Assembly: GCA_950097015.1 (NCBI GenBank)
Contig: CATNEN010000003.1
Span: forward strand, 11,160,001-11,224,000
DNA from: Macrostomum hystrix
Lineage: Eukaryota; Animalia; Platyhelminthes
Reading direction: 5' to 3'
Length of the DNA stretch: 64,000 bases
The position numbers and the translations under genes are program-made. Below the pieces are notes generated by a model. The model searched no databases, was not told the DNA's origin, and saw only the letters and a program-made list of their open reading frames with translations. Shown one piece after another: positions 43,702 to 55,975 of the stretch (within the stretch, counting starts at the first letter, position 1; every line of letters starts with the position of its first letter).

Positions 43702-46601
43702 AGACGATGAGTCAGAGTTATATTCTAATTGATAGCCTGTTTTCCTGTTTACTTATTGAACAAGGCGGTAATAAGTATGCCTTAGCTCTGTCTCAAACAA
43801 TATTAAAGCAGGATTTGTATTGACGCACAAATTTGTACCAGTCTGCATACGCAAATATAAATTGCTGTTAATACATAGTTCAATACTCGGATCTGGTCGT
43901 TGCAAAGTATCAAATATAGTATGCGATCCTTAATTGGTCGTTTTGCGAAGTTGAACAACCCCAAGAAAGCGTGGAAATTTTCTTTTCTACACTCACGACA
44001 CGACCTGTACGCTCGTTTAGTTCTGGATATATATGTGTTCAAAAACATAATCCGAAAATTCCAAAGACTCAAATCTCGCGCCTCACATGCATGCCGCGTT
44101 GCAAATCAGACACCTGCAGCCTCACCTACGCAATTATACCCAGCGATACTAATACACAGCGCGTATCGGGTTACAATTGGACTTCATACGATTGCAATAC
44201 AACTTGCGCGCGTATCGTATTTAGGCCTCCCATTTGAGGTTTACGTAAAGTATATGATTAAATTTAAACTCTTTTAATACAGGTGACTAATTTGCAAGCT
44301 ATCTAGAAATATATATTAATTACAACTAACATTTTTGGGCCAGATGCACAGACAGTAGTCGCTCAGCCGCAGCAAGTTGCGATTCGAACTTCTGATCTCG
44401 GAGTCAGAAGGGCCGACGAAAACTGTAGCACCAATTTATAATAGTGTCTTATTATGCCCACACATATCCATGGACCTTTGCTGTTCAAATGAGTCGAAAA
44501 AATTAAAGACAGGCAGGCAAGCAAGCTTTTGTGAGCGAGCTATGTATATTTATATATTGTTCGCTTTTTGCTTTAACTTTTTAGCTATTTTAAGAAGGAT
44601 ATCTAGACTAGACTAGGTAAGGAAGTGCTAACCGTAGTCTTTTTTCTATGCTATTCACAGATGCTATGCTATTTCTATGCTGTCCGTAGTAGTAGTAGTC
44701 TTAAAGTAGTAGGAGTAATTTTAAAGTTATACTAATGGTACATTACGCTTAGAAAGCAAGAAAACCTTTTCATTTGTACTCTTAATAGTATATTCGATGG
44801 CTCCGAAAATGCTTAAGTAAAAACAATACGCCTCTTTAGGCTGACTAATTAATTACAAATATATATGACTACGTAAAAGTCGATTGAATATAAACAAAAA
44901 TAAAATACGTCAAAAATAAGCGCAACGGTCTTTTAAACGTAATTATCACTTTAAAACAAATAAGATTGTACGCTACATTGTAGATTGTACGTGGTTTAGC
45001 TAAAGGTACTAGAATCAGTAGGCGCTCTTGTTTTCATTAATACCTGTAATAGTGAAAGTCTAAAATTACATTTACCACATTATGCAATCTGGTTTCATGT
45101 ATCACTTTTAAACAATATCGGAATGTAGTTTTTATCTTATGCTTTGCTAATTGGTACCATAACTGTACTAGTAACAAATGGCACTTGCTATTTATTACTT
45201 CAATCAATTATACGTCTTTTTGGCAAAATTCTGAGTGTATTTTGTATTCGATTTACGGAGTTACGCCTGCAGTTTGAATAATCGACATCCATTTTATTTA
45301 ATGGTAATTAATCCGAAAACTGATTTACTAGATAAAAATCAACAGTAATAATTCGTAAAAAATATACGATGCTACGAGTACAAGACTTTAAAATATTCTA
45401 TCTTAATAGTGAAGCTACATCACATATCCATTTATGGTAATAGTAGTATTGCAATTTAGTTTTTTATATTGTTGTCATGGTAAAAAGTAAAATCCTAAAT
45501 AGAGAAAACAATTCTGTATATCATATTAGCCAATAATTAACTGCGACATGTAGTACGAGTATTTTAAGTTGATTTGATTAATTTAATTATAATTATGAAT
45601 GCTAGAACATTGGATAAATGTGCAGAAGCTTTAAGCTTGTGTTTTTTGCTTGTTATGTTTGAAAATAATAAAAGATGATTGTGCTATATATAATGTACAC
45701 AGTTAGGCCTACTCAAATATTTATGAAATGTTATTTAGAACACAAAATACTGTGCTTAACTTTTATTGGTGAAAACCAAACACATATTGTTTTTAGATTT
45801 TTACTATCAATTCTTGAAAAAAATAAGACCGATAACTTTCTCTAATATTCTATGATATCATTACTAATCATTTTCTAACACATATTTTAAAATATAAACA
45901 AAAGAATTGATATTCATATTTTAGCTTAAGTTTTTGCAAACAATACTTTTTCTTTTGTTAATTTGCCAGTATTTAATATTTTATTTAAAAGGAGTGTAGT
46001 GGTTTGGTTAATTTTTAGTAAGTACAATGTTACATTTTACAGTAACTAATGAAACAGTAGCTGCTAGAGCTAGAGGGTAAAATGATTTTACCCTGAATGA
46101 TGTATTCTTGCTTGATTATGTAAATATATGACACTAGCTTTAGGAAAACTAGTAACCTAATGTTAAAATCAAATTTGTACAGCAAGTGCCAAAAACTCAG
46201 TATTCATGAGGTTAAAAGTTAGAGCTTTTGTACTTTTGCATTTAAAGCACTATTTAACTAGCATATTCGGATCATATCGACTTGTACACTTATTTAGTTC
46301 TTGATTTTAACATGCAATAAGAAACAGAAATGGAGTCCGAGTCTACAGACTGACTCGTTATCTTTGATAAGAAATTTTCAGTCAGCTGTACCAGTGCATT
46401 GATTATCAGGGTGACTGAGTTGGTGCTAAAATTAAAGCCCTTTAATTACCTGTGGTTTATCTAGTCGAATTTTTAATCATTATATTAGCTGAAAAATTAA
46501 TAAAAAGTATCTAATGTTTATTTCAGCTTTTTTATAGTATGTTCGAAAAGTTTTTGTTAAAAAGTACCGATCTAGAAATTTAGAAAAGAAGTTATTTTCA
46601 A

Positions 46602-49600
46602 ATGGCTTCGTCTGTCAACCACTCAGTGGACAATAATATCGAACCGAAGGGTAACATTAACAGCGATGTCACGCGTCGTTGTGTCTCAGCTGACTCGAAT
46701 TCTAACGAACCCGGTGATTTAGACGCTTCTGGCCAACCAGGTAGGCGGCATGAAGATTTGCCGTCTTATCCTGGCACTAAACTGCAGTTTGCTAGTTTGC
46801 TGCTTTTTTCACTGCTATTCTATACTGGAGTTATTGCAATTGCATTGGCTACTAGTCAGTACGTCTATGCCAGGTAAGCTATCCGTCCACACATGCGCTA
46901 ACTGTTTTGGGCCGATTTGAAATGATAAACAGACTCAGAACTGAATATTAACAGATTCAGAATCGAAGATAAGCTTACACAAAGTTGAAGATCCACAGAC
47001 TCAGAAACGAAGATCAACAGACTCAAAAACGAAGATCAACAGACTCAAAAACAAAGATCAACAGACTCAGAAACGAATATAAACAGATTTACGATCGAAG
47101 AAAAAAATATTAAGGATCGAAATAAACAGACTCAGAATATAATACCAACTAGATGAATAAAAAGTCGAGAATCAACATTTAACGTTTAACGACGCGTTTC
47201 GCACGTTTCGTGCATCTTCAGGTGCATCTTGCATCGATACGAAACGTGCGAAACGCGTCGTTAAACGTTAAATGTTGATTCTCGCCTTTTTATTCATCTT
47301 ATTTGCCAAGCGAACAACTTTACCTGAATAATACAAACTGATTCAGAAACGAAGATAAACTGTTTTAGGATCGAATATAAACAGATTCAGAACTGAAGAT
47401 AAACACATTCAGAATCGAAGACAAACAGACTTAGAAACGAAGATCAACCGATTCAGAAACGATGATAAATAGAGTCAGGATCGGAGGTAAACTGATTCAG
47501 GATTAAACATAAAGATATTTAGGATCGAAGATAAATAGATTCAGAACTGAAGATAAACATACTCAAAATCGAAGATAAACAGACTCAGAATCTAAGATAA
47601 ATAGAGTCAGGATCGATGATAAACAGACTCAGGGTCGGAGATAAATAGATTCAGGATCGTATGTTTCTGAAACATACTCAAAATCGAAGATAAACAGACT
47701 TAGAAACGAAGATAAATAGAGTCAGGATCGATGATAAACAGACTCAGGGTCGGAGATAAACAGATTCAGAATCTTAGATAAACAGTGTGAGTTTCACACC
47801 GGAACGCAGGTACGCCGAGGAAGTAGGCATCACAGACGTTGGTCGCAATACGGACTCGTCTCAGTGCAAAGGCGCCTCGAATACCACTCAGGATCTGCGT
47901 CGGCGAGCGGCGATCGCTCAGGAGCGAAGCGCGAGGCTGAGCCTGTACACCTCGCTAGGACAGGGCCTGCCTAGCCTATTCTCCGTGTTCCTTTTAAGCG
48001 CCTTCTCGGATCGCTGGGGTCGAAAGACTTCGATGCTGGTGCCCTGGTGCACCACCTTTGTCTCCTTTGTCATTCACGTGCTTGTGGTGCTGTTGACACT
48101 GCCGCTGGAGTGGCTGGTGCTAGCCTCGGTGATTTCAGGTGAGTACAGGGAATCTAGGATTCTAAGTAGGAACTAAGGGAACATAAGAGTTGATTCTCGT
48201 TGGTCTATATAAATAATCATTAATCCTTGTGGTTTTTAGACTTAGGGATTATCGTAAAACCAGTGAGATTAAAAATCTGTTGGATTAGGATTTAGAAAAT
48301 GCTATAGGATTATCGTCAACCATGTTTAAACTTACCTGAATAAGTCACTAGTATCTGTTTGATTATCAGCATAATAAGTTATTAGTATCCAATAAAAACG
48401 TGTATTACTACTACAAGTAGGTAGATTATATTCAGCGAATCTAGAAAAACTAATCATTGCTTTCGAATTCCACAGGTCTAGGCGGCAGTTTCGCTTCAAT
48501 GCTAGCTGCTGTATTCGCAATGGTAGCTGACATGACAACTACAAAATCTAGGGCATTGTACATTGGCATTGCCGAAGCTGTCCTAACAGTTTGCATCAGC
48601 GTCTCAGAGCTGAGCACTGGAGTGTGGATTCGAACCAGAGGCTTTCGCGAGCCTGTCTTCGTCTTTGCCATCGTCATGACGCTCAGCATTGTGCCATTCT
48701 TGTGCTTCGTGCCAGAAACAGCTCCTGGTAGTCTGCGTAGGCGTCAGCAGAGAATTGGCGGCATGTCCGACCAACTCAACTGGCGTCGATTCAAGGACCT
48801 ACTGGCTAGCTCAGTGCGCCTATTCAGCTCCAACTGGTACAGGGCTAGGATCCTGTTCGCCCTAGTGGCCGCTTTCATGTTTCTGTCGCTGTCCTTCCTG
48901 GCATTCGGTGTTAACACGCTCTACCTGTTGAATGTGCCGTTTTGTTGGAATGCCGAGAAGCTGGGCTTCTTTGTGGCGGCCAGTTCCGTTGCTGACCAGA
49001 TTGTCTTTGTTATCGCCCTGGGCTTGCTTAGGTCCAGAGTGACTGATACGTTTCTTGTGTCCATCGGGTTAACGTCTAGTACGGCGCAGAATATTGTATT
49101 CGGCTTAGCATTTCTGTTCCCACCGCCGTTCGACGATATTACATTATACCTGTGTGAGTTCGCGTTTGTATTTAGCTGAGATGTAACCCAAACTGACTAC
49201 TAGCAACACTGAGTCATAACCCTTAGCAACACCGAATCTTACTCCTTAGCAACACCGAATCTTAATCCTTAGCAACACTGAGTCATAACCCTTAGCAACA
49301 CCGAATCTTACTCCTTAGCAACACCGAATCTTAATCCTTAGCAACACTGAGTCATAACCCTTAGCAACACCGAATCTTACTCCTTAGCAACACCGAATCT
49401 TAATCCTTAGCAACACTGAGTCATAACCCTTAGCAACACTGAATCTTACTCCTTAGCAACACCGAATCTTAATCCTTAGCAACACTGAGTCATAACCCTT
49501 AGCAACACCGAATCTTACTCCTTAGCAACACCGAATCATACGCCTTAGTAACACCGAATCTTAATCCTTAGCAACACCGAATCTTAATCCTTAGCAACAC

Positions 49601-52527
49601 CGAATCATAACCCTTAGCAACACCGAATCATACTCCTTAGCAACACCGAATCTTACTCATTAGTAACACCGAATCATACTCCTTAGCAACACCGAATCTT
49701 ACTCCTTAGCAACACAGAATCATTCACCTTAGCAGCACCGAATCATACGCCTTAGCAACACAGAATCATTCACCTTAGCAACACTGAATCATACTCCTTA
49801 GCAACACATAATCATTCACCGTAGCAACACCGAATCATACACCTTAGCAACACAGAATCATTCACCTTAGCAACACCGAATCTTACTCCTTAGCAACACA
49901 TAATCATGCTGCTGATATTTATCTGCGTTTCAGCTCGAGTTGCTGGTCTGTTATCTAAACTACCATCGACTATGCTGAGAGCGATGCTTTCAAAATCTGT
50001 GACCGCCACTGAACAGGGTAAGAATATCATGCAATATTGATGATGCGGTTGTTTGGTTGATTAGTATTATATTGAGTCTGTCCGACTGTCGCTTATCTAT
50101 GCAGGCGCGGCATTCGGAGCCGTAGCCTTCATCCAGGTTCTGGCCTCCCTATTCGCTGGCACAGTGACTAACGCTGTGTACGCTGGCACTGTGGCCAAAT
50201 TTCCTGGCTTCGTGTTTTTTATGCTGGCCTTCTGGATAGTGCTCAGTGGAGTCTGCGTTGCGTGAGTTGTCACCGACTTTTTGTTTAAAGAATGAGTTTA
50301 AGAATCAATACCAATATTTAGTAATTAGCCTCATCAAACTTCTACACACTTGCATCACTCTTTATCACAGCACGAGTAATTATTGTTGAATTCAGTGTCC
50401 ATTGACAAAGACTTACAAGCTTTGTGTCAGATTTCGTCACAGAGCTGCTGGATCTGCTCAAACTCGATCTGGCTGAGCACTTTGGTGCTGAATGCGTAGC
50501 AGAACAAGCGACCTTCCAGGCAGTGGGCATCGTTTCATGGAAAAGCTTGGCCAAGGTGCAGGCAGTCAAAGAAACTTGTGTCATAAGATGATGCACCTGC
50601 ATTCATAGGTGGGTCAGCCGAAACAACCTAGCCATTGTGTTGGTTCGCGAAGAAGTGCTGGTTCGCTGTTCCGTTGAAGGAGAATCCCAAGGAGTTTGTC
50701 AGACGACCGCTGGATGGCAGCACAGAGGGTGATGACAGCATGATCTGAAACTCACTGGCTCCTTGCCTGAAGACGGCCGTGTTGTAAATCATTCTGTTAA
50801 ACTTATAAAACTGATGGCCAGGAGTTCCAGAACCACAGGAAACGAAATTGTGGTAGTATTGTCGCCTGCAATGAAAGACAGGATGAAATTAAGCCATAAA
50901 CAATTTTAATCAATGGCGTAGAAATTAAAAAAGCAGAGGCTGACCCAGTGCCGAAATTGTGGCTCGCACTGACGAAGGTGGAGAACTGGCTGCCATACGC
51001 GAGGTGCTTAGCAAAGCCGGGAGTCTCAGTGCGCAGGTATGAGCCCAGGTAGCCTTTGAACTGAGCTCCATTGCCATCTATGGTCACATTGTGAGCCGTG
51101 AGGCAGAACAGTCTCGGGTTGACCTCATTGACCAGACCGCTCCGAGAGAACTTGTAGAACATCTTCATCTGCAGCTGGCTGAACACGGGCTTGGCCACAT
51201 CTGAAATGCGTGCGTGAATGCTCAGCTTGGTGACTGAGTGACTCCAATGCACTGATGGGATTGGCATGCAGCCAGTGCAGCCAGAGTGACATCTCAGCTG
51301 TGCAACTCACCGCAGTCTCCACACAGCACATCGGTGTACTTGTAAGAGACGCAGTCACCGGCAGTCCACTGAGCGAGCTCGGAACACGCGTCTCCGAGGT
51401 AGCACTTGTTGTTGGGCTGGTCAAAGTGGAACGCGTTGCATCGGGGCTGCTGGCTGCAGACAGCGGCGCACTGCAGCCTGCTGGCCAGCCTCTGAGCCTG
51501 CAGGGAGGCGGCTGCAGTGTGACACTGCCTGCTGCTCTCGAATGACAGCAGCTTGGTTGCCGACAGTGAAGTTGCGCAAAGATGAGACGCAGGAGAGATA
51601 ACACACGAGAGGGATGAGACACGGGAGAGATAACACACGGGAGGGATGAGACACGGGAGAGATAACACACGGGAGAGATGAGACACGGGAGAGATAACAC
51701 ACGGGAGAGATAACACACGGGAGAGATGAGACACGGGAGAGATAAGACACGGGAGAGATAAGACACGGGAGAGATAACACACGGGAGAGATAACACACGG
51801 GAGAGATAACACACGGGAGAGATGAGACACGGGAGAGATAAGACACGGGAGAGATAAGACACGGGAGAGATAAGAAGCGAGAGGGATGAGACACGGGAGG
51901 GATGAGACACGGGAGGGATGAGACACGGGAGAGATAACACACGGGAGAGATGAGACACGGGAGAGATAACACACGGGAGAGATAACACACGGGAGAGATG
52001 AGACACGGGAGAGATAACACACGGGAGAGATAAGACACGGGAGAGATAAGAAGCGAGAGGGATGAGACACGGGAGGGATGAGATGCAGGAGAGATAAGAC
52101 ACGAGAGGGATGAGACACGGGAGGGATGAGACGCAGGAGAGATAACACACGGGAAAGATGAAACAGGATACTGCAGGTGTCGGAAGGGGCCGCATCTTGC
52201 CTACAGGCTCGAGTTTGCAACTCGCATTTAAATTTGGCACTTTAAAACACAAACAATTCAAATTCAAACAATGCATGTTAGCTTACTGTGACAAGCTGCT
52301 GTATCAGCAACCGATTCAATGTGTTTTTAGTATAGTTAAATTTGATGGCGAAAATCTAAATTCTTATCACCCACAGCCTGTACTCGCGTTTCAAGCATCG
52401 CTACGGGCATCAGTTATCCACGACTCTCATCAACGAAGAAGACGACGGCTATGAAGTGAGTCTGGGCATCGATGGTCCAGCAGCTTCTGAGGCGCCTGAC
52501 GCTACTGACAAAAGAGAATTTGCTTGA
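46602..52527 (+). CDS. MFS transporter, SLC46 (proton-coupled folate transporter-like); exons 46602-46873, 47810-48138, 48476-49153, 49934-50017, 50105-50261, 52377-52527
   Basis: MFS motif A SAFSDRWGRK, plus VADMT, VPET, LYLLNVPFCW and LRAMLSKSV..EQG. Introns are phase-consistent GT-AG. The last exon is less certain. Confidence 0.85.
46920..47785. repeat. Degenerate ~22-bp minisatellite (GAAGATAAACAGACTCAGAAAC)n
   Basis: Tandem periodicity, interrupted at 47151-47330. Confidence 0.85.
47151..47299 (-). mobile_element. Penelope-like element remnant: 61-bp inverted repeat with a minimal hammerhead ribozyme motif
   Basis: Arms 47151-47211 and 47239-47299 differ by one mismatch. Minus strand 47221-47191 reads CTGAAGA-TGCACG-AAA-CGTGC-GAAA-CGCGTC. 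Confidence 0.7.
49195..49905. repeat. 23-24-bp minisatellite (CCTTAGCAACACCGAATCTTACT)n
   Basis: Tandem periodicity, with a three-unit higher-order pattern at the start. Confidence 0.95.
50803..52196 (-). pseudogene. PAN/apple-domain secreted protein gene, probably disrupted, nested antisense in the last SLC46 intron
   Basis: SRLQCAAVCSQQPRCNAFHFDQPNNKCYL is a PAN-type Cys pattern. It is followed by a stop or frameshift and preceded by a minisatellite insertion. Confidence 0.55.
51582..52160. repeat. 16-bp minisatellite, reverse complement of the unit in the hAT MITE at 22499
   Basis: (GGGAGAGATGAGACAC)n and variants. Confidence 0.93.
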
Positions 52528-53039
52528 TTGATTTCTGTTTTCAAATTTGTTGTAAAAACGTCAATTAAGCGAACGAAATTAAGTTGTTAAGAACTCGTTT
52601 TTTCATCCAATGATTCACGTGGTTTAACATTATCGATGGCACTGAACAACTTTTGAGTCCAGTATTGATTATAAATAATTTGAAGTGATCTCAATCTTTA
52701 TTGTTTTGCTTTGTTTGTGATATAGAACTGGCCATCAATTTTCGTAGTCTAATTGATTTTCACAACTTTTAGTAGGATGTCATTTGTATATTTTTTAAGT
52801 GTGCAATATAGGTAATTCGAATTCTACAGTTTTGTTTTAATTGTGACCTTTATATGTGCAGGAGTTTGTTCTTGTTTGCACTAACAATTTTTATGCATGA
52901 AATTTGTAATAATTAATATATGGCACATTACTTGTATGAATGATATGAATATCTGATTGACCTATCCAATATCAACTTTGATGTTAACGTGTGAGATATT
53001 TAGGAGTTCTAGGTTGTGCCATCATCTGTTTAGGTGGCC

Positions 53040-53600
53040 CAATCACAGATTTAGGTTGTGCAACCGTAGATTTAGGTGTTTTAGTGGATTTAGGTGTTTC
53101 AATCATGGATTTAGGTGTTTAAACCATGAATTTAGTTGTTTCAACCATGGATTTAGGTGTTTAAACCATGAATTTAGTTGTTTAAACCATGAATTTAGTT
53201 GTTTCAACCATGGATTTAGGTGTTTCAATAATGGATTTAGGTGTTTCAATAATGGATTTAGGTGTTTCAATCATGGATTTAGGTGTTTAAACCATGAATT
53301 TAGTTGTTTCAACCATGGATTTAGGTGTTTCAATAATGGATTTAGGTGTTTCAATAATGGATTTAGGCGTTTCTACCATGGATTTAGGTGTTTCAATCAT
53401 AGATTTAAGTGTTGGTACCATAGATTTAGGTGTTTCAACCATGGATTTAGGTGTTTCAATCATGAATTTAGGTGTTTCAAACATGGATTTAGGTATTTCT
53501 ACCGTGGATTTAGGTGTTTCAATCATGGATTTAGATTGTTTCTACTATGGATTTAGGTGCTTCAACCATGGATTTAGGTGTTGCTACCATAGATTTAGAT
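53040..53600. repeat. 21-bp minisatellite (TTTAGGTGTTTCAACCATGGA)n
   Basis: Tandem periodicity. Confidence 0.93.
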
Positions 53601-54215
53601 GGTGACGTGTCAGGTTTTAATGGTGATTTGGCAACAAGAGCTGCCCTGGTGATATCATATGCATATTAAACGAACCTAAGATATTTGTTAACTACCCTAC
53701 AGTGCAGAGGCCAAAACTGAAGTTCTTCATTTGTTTTTCGATATCTGATTTTGACGAAGATTTTAACAATATCCGTTACATTCTACTCTTTACAATTGTC
53801 TTTATTTGCTTAAATTCCAGTGTATATTTTGTAATGTTTTTTAAAACATTTAAACATTGTCGTCTGATAAAAATGCGAGGCTCATGTCCTACATGAATAA
53901 ACAAATTGTCTTCAGTTTTTTACTATTTAAGTTAGGCGAGTTTGTCATTCGACTCGTTACTTCTAGTTACTGGAGGGCTGTGGGCTTTGGTACATCATTT
54001 GGTAATAGTCGACCTGCAGCCAGTGTGGAGGTAGTTCTGCCCATTCCGCTGACTCCTGAGCGCACACTCGCACAGGTGTGTACATCAGCATTTGACTTTC
54101 TCATTGTCAGGCGAGACTATTAAATGCGGAGTGCATAAGAATGACCGCTCCTTGACTGACAAAGTATGCTCCGATTCAATTTAGTTTAACGCGCTACTCA
54201 TTTCAGGTAGTAGTC

Positions 54216-54653
54216 ATGGCTTCCGTGGAAGAGTTAAAGTCGGCCCTAAAAGAGAATCTGGAAGCTCGTGGAGTTCTGCCAGAGATTCGAGCCAGTTTAA
54301 GAGCGGAAATATTTCGCTCACTAGAGGAGCCTAGCAGAGCAGCTGAGCAGAGGCCGGCGCTGTCCAATGAGAATCTATTAATCAATGAGCTGATTAGGGA
54401 ATACCTGGAGTTCAACGAGTATTCAAATGCGGCCTCCGTGTTGGCAGCAGAGAGCGGTCAGCCTCAGGCCAGGCTGAGTCGCAGCCTGTTGTCAAGGGAG
54501 CTGAATCTGAGAGAGGATCCAAGCTGTCAGGGCCTACCGCTGCTCTATTCTATGCTGGCCTTCTATATGAATCGCGGCGGGACGAGGGTGCCACAGCGAC
54601 AGTCAGATGATCAAGATGCGGCTCCCAGTGACGGTGTTCCGATTCGTCGATAA
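54216..54653 (+). CDS. FOPNL: LisH-domain centrosomal protein FOPNL/FOR20 (CEP20)
   Basis: MASVEELKSALKENLEARGVL..IRA..RAEIF, LINELIREYLEFN.Y....SVL.AESG and LPLLY motifs. Confidence 0.9.
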   Translation: MASVEELKSALKENLEARGVLPEIRASLRAEIFRSLEEPSRAAEQRPALSNENLLINELIREYLEFNEYSNAASVLAAESGQPQARLSRSLLSRELNLREDPSCQGLPLLYSMLAFYMNRGGTRVPQRQSDDQDAAPSDGVPIRR

Positions 54654-54845
54654 TTTAAACTAAAAAAACAACATTTATATGTGTCAAGATTTGGATAGCT
54701 TTTAATTGTATTTGAATTATTTAACTATTTTGCATTCGATTTCTTAACATTTTTAGGGTTGTGAATTTTTATTTCCGTTCAAAATGCTGGTGCTTAAAAT
54801 GCATGTATTAATACGAGCGTAGATTTTAATAGCTACGAAAAACAT

Positions 54846-55086
54846 AAATCTCACCCCTATTAGAAGTTGCCACGTGGGAAATCTCACTTCATTTCCCAAG
54901 TTGCCACGTGTGAAATCTCACTTCATTTCCCAAGTTGCCACGTGGGAAATCTCACCCCTATTAGAAGTTGCCACGTGGGAAATCTCACCCCTATTAGAAA
55001 TTGCCACGTGGGAAATCTCACTTCATTAGAAATTGCCACGTGGGAAATCTCACTTCATTAGAAGTTGCCACGTGGGAAATTTCACT
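54846..55086. repeat. 33-34-bp tandem repeat (GTTGCCACGTGGGAAATCTCAC...), ~7 copies
   Basis: Tandem periodicity. Confidence 0.9.
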
Positions 55087-55975
55087 TTAAAGTGTAATTT
55101 TTTATAAAACTAGTTTTTTAATCTATCAACAGTTTTCTGTAAAATATAATAGTAGTAGACATCTAAAATTTAAGGAAGTAGGTAGGCATGCATACTATGT
55201 AATAACTGTAGAGTACTGAACTTTAAATTTATAACAATTAAAGCACAAGTTTTAAAAAAAAGAAAAAAAGAAAAGCTACTAAAAATGTGTTGTTTCTTTA
55301 AAACACAAAATAGCATAGAATGGGTAATGGGAAGGATAACATATTTTATATTTTAGTTTTTTTTCTGTTTTTTTTTCTGGCAATACGAGCTATTGAATCT
55401 AATATCTGAATTGGATCAGATGGCATATGAATTAATTATGAAGGCTGAATAAATATAAGATGTTTCTTATTGAAAATATGAAAATAAACTGAGTATATCA
55501 GAGTACACACTCGGGTAGTTGACGCTACCAGATTGGAACAGACAGAACAGACAATTAATAAAAACGTCACCATCAACACACACAAACTAATAATATATCG
55601 TTTCTGGAGTATTATAAAAATCGCTTTAAGGGGGTGAAATGTGCATATTTTTATTGGCGTTAAACAAAAACATATACTGCTCTACTTTAAGTAGATAAAT
55701 AGATCTTCTTTTTTGTGTAGATTGCTTAAAAATGTGCACATTTTGCGTTATTTTTTATATACGAGTACTTTAGCGAATCACGTAACAGCGGACAGAATGA
55801 CGAGAGGACAGGCCGACTAAAAAGAACAAATAGAAAGAGATCGTCACTTACGGAATTATACGCCTGGGAAACAAACTAAGAGAGCGTTAGACACACTGAC
55901 AACAAGCATACCGCGTGCGAGAGTAAACTATAATGTTATTTAGAGTTGATTATATTGATTGATAAATTTTGCTGA

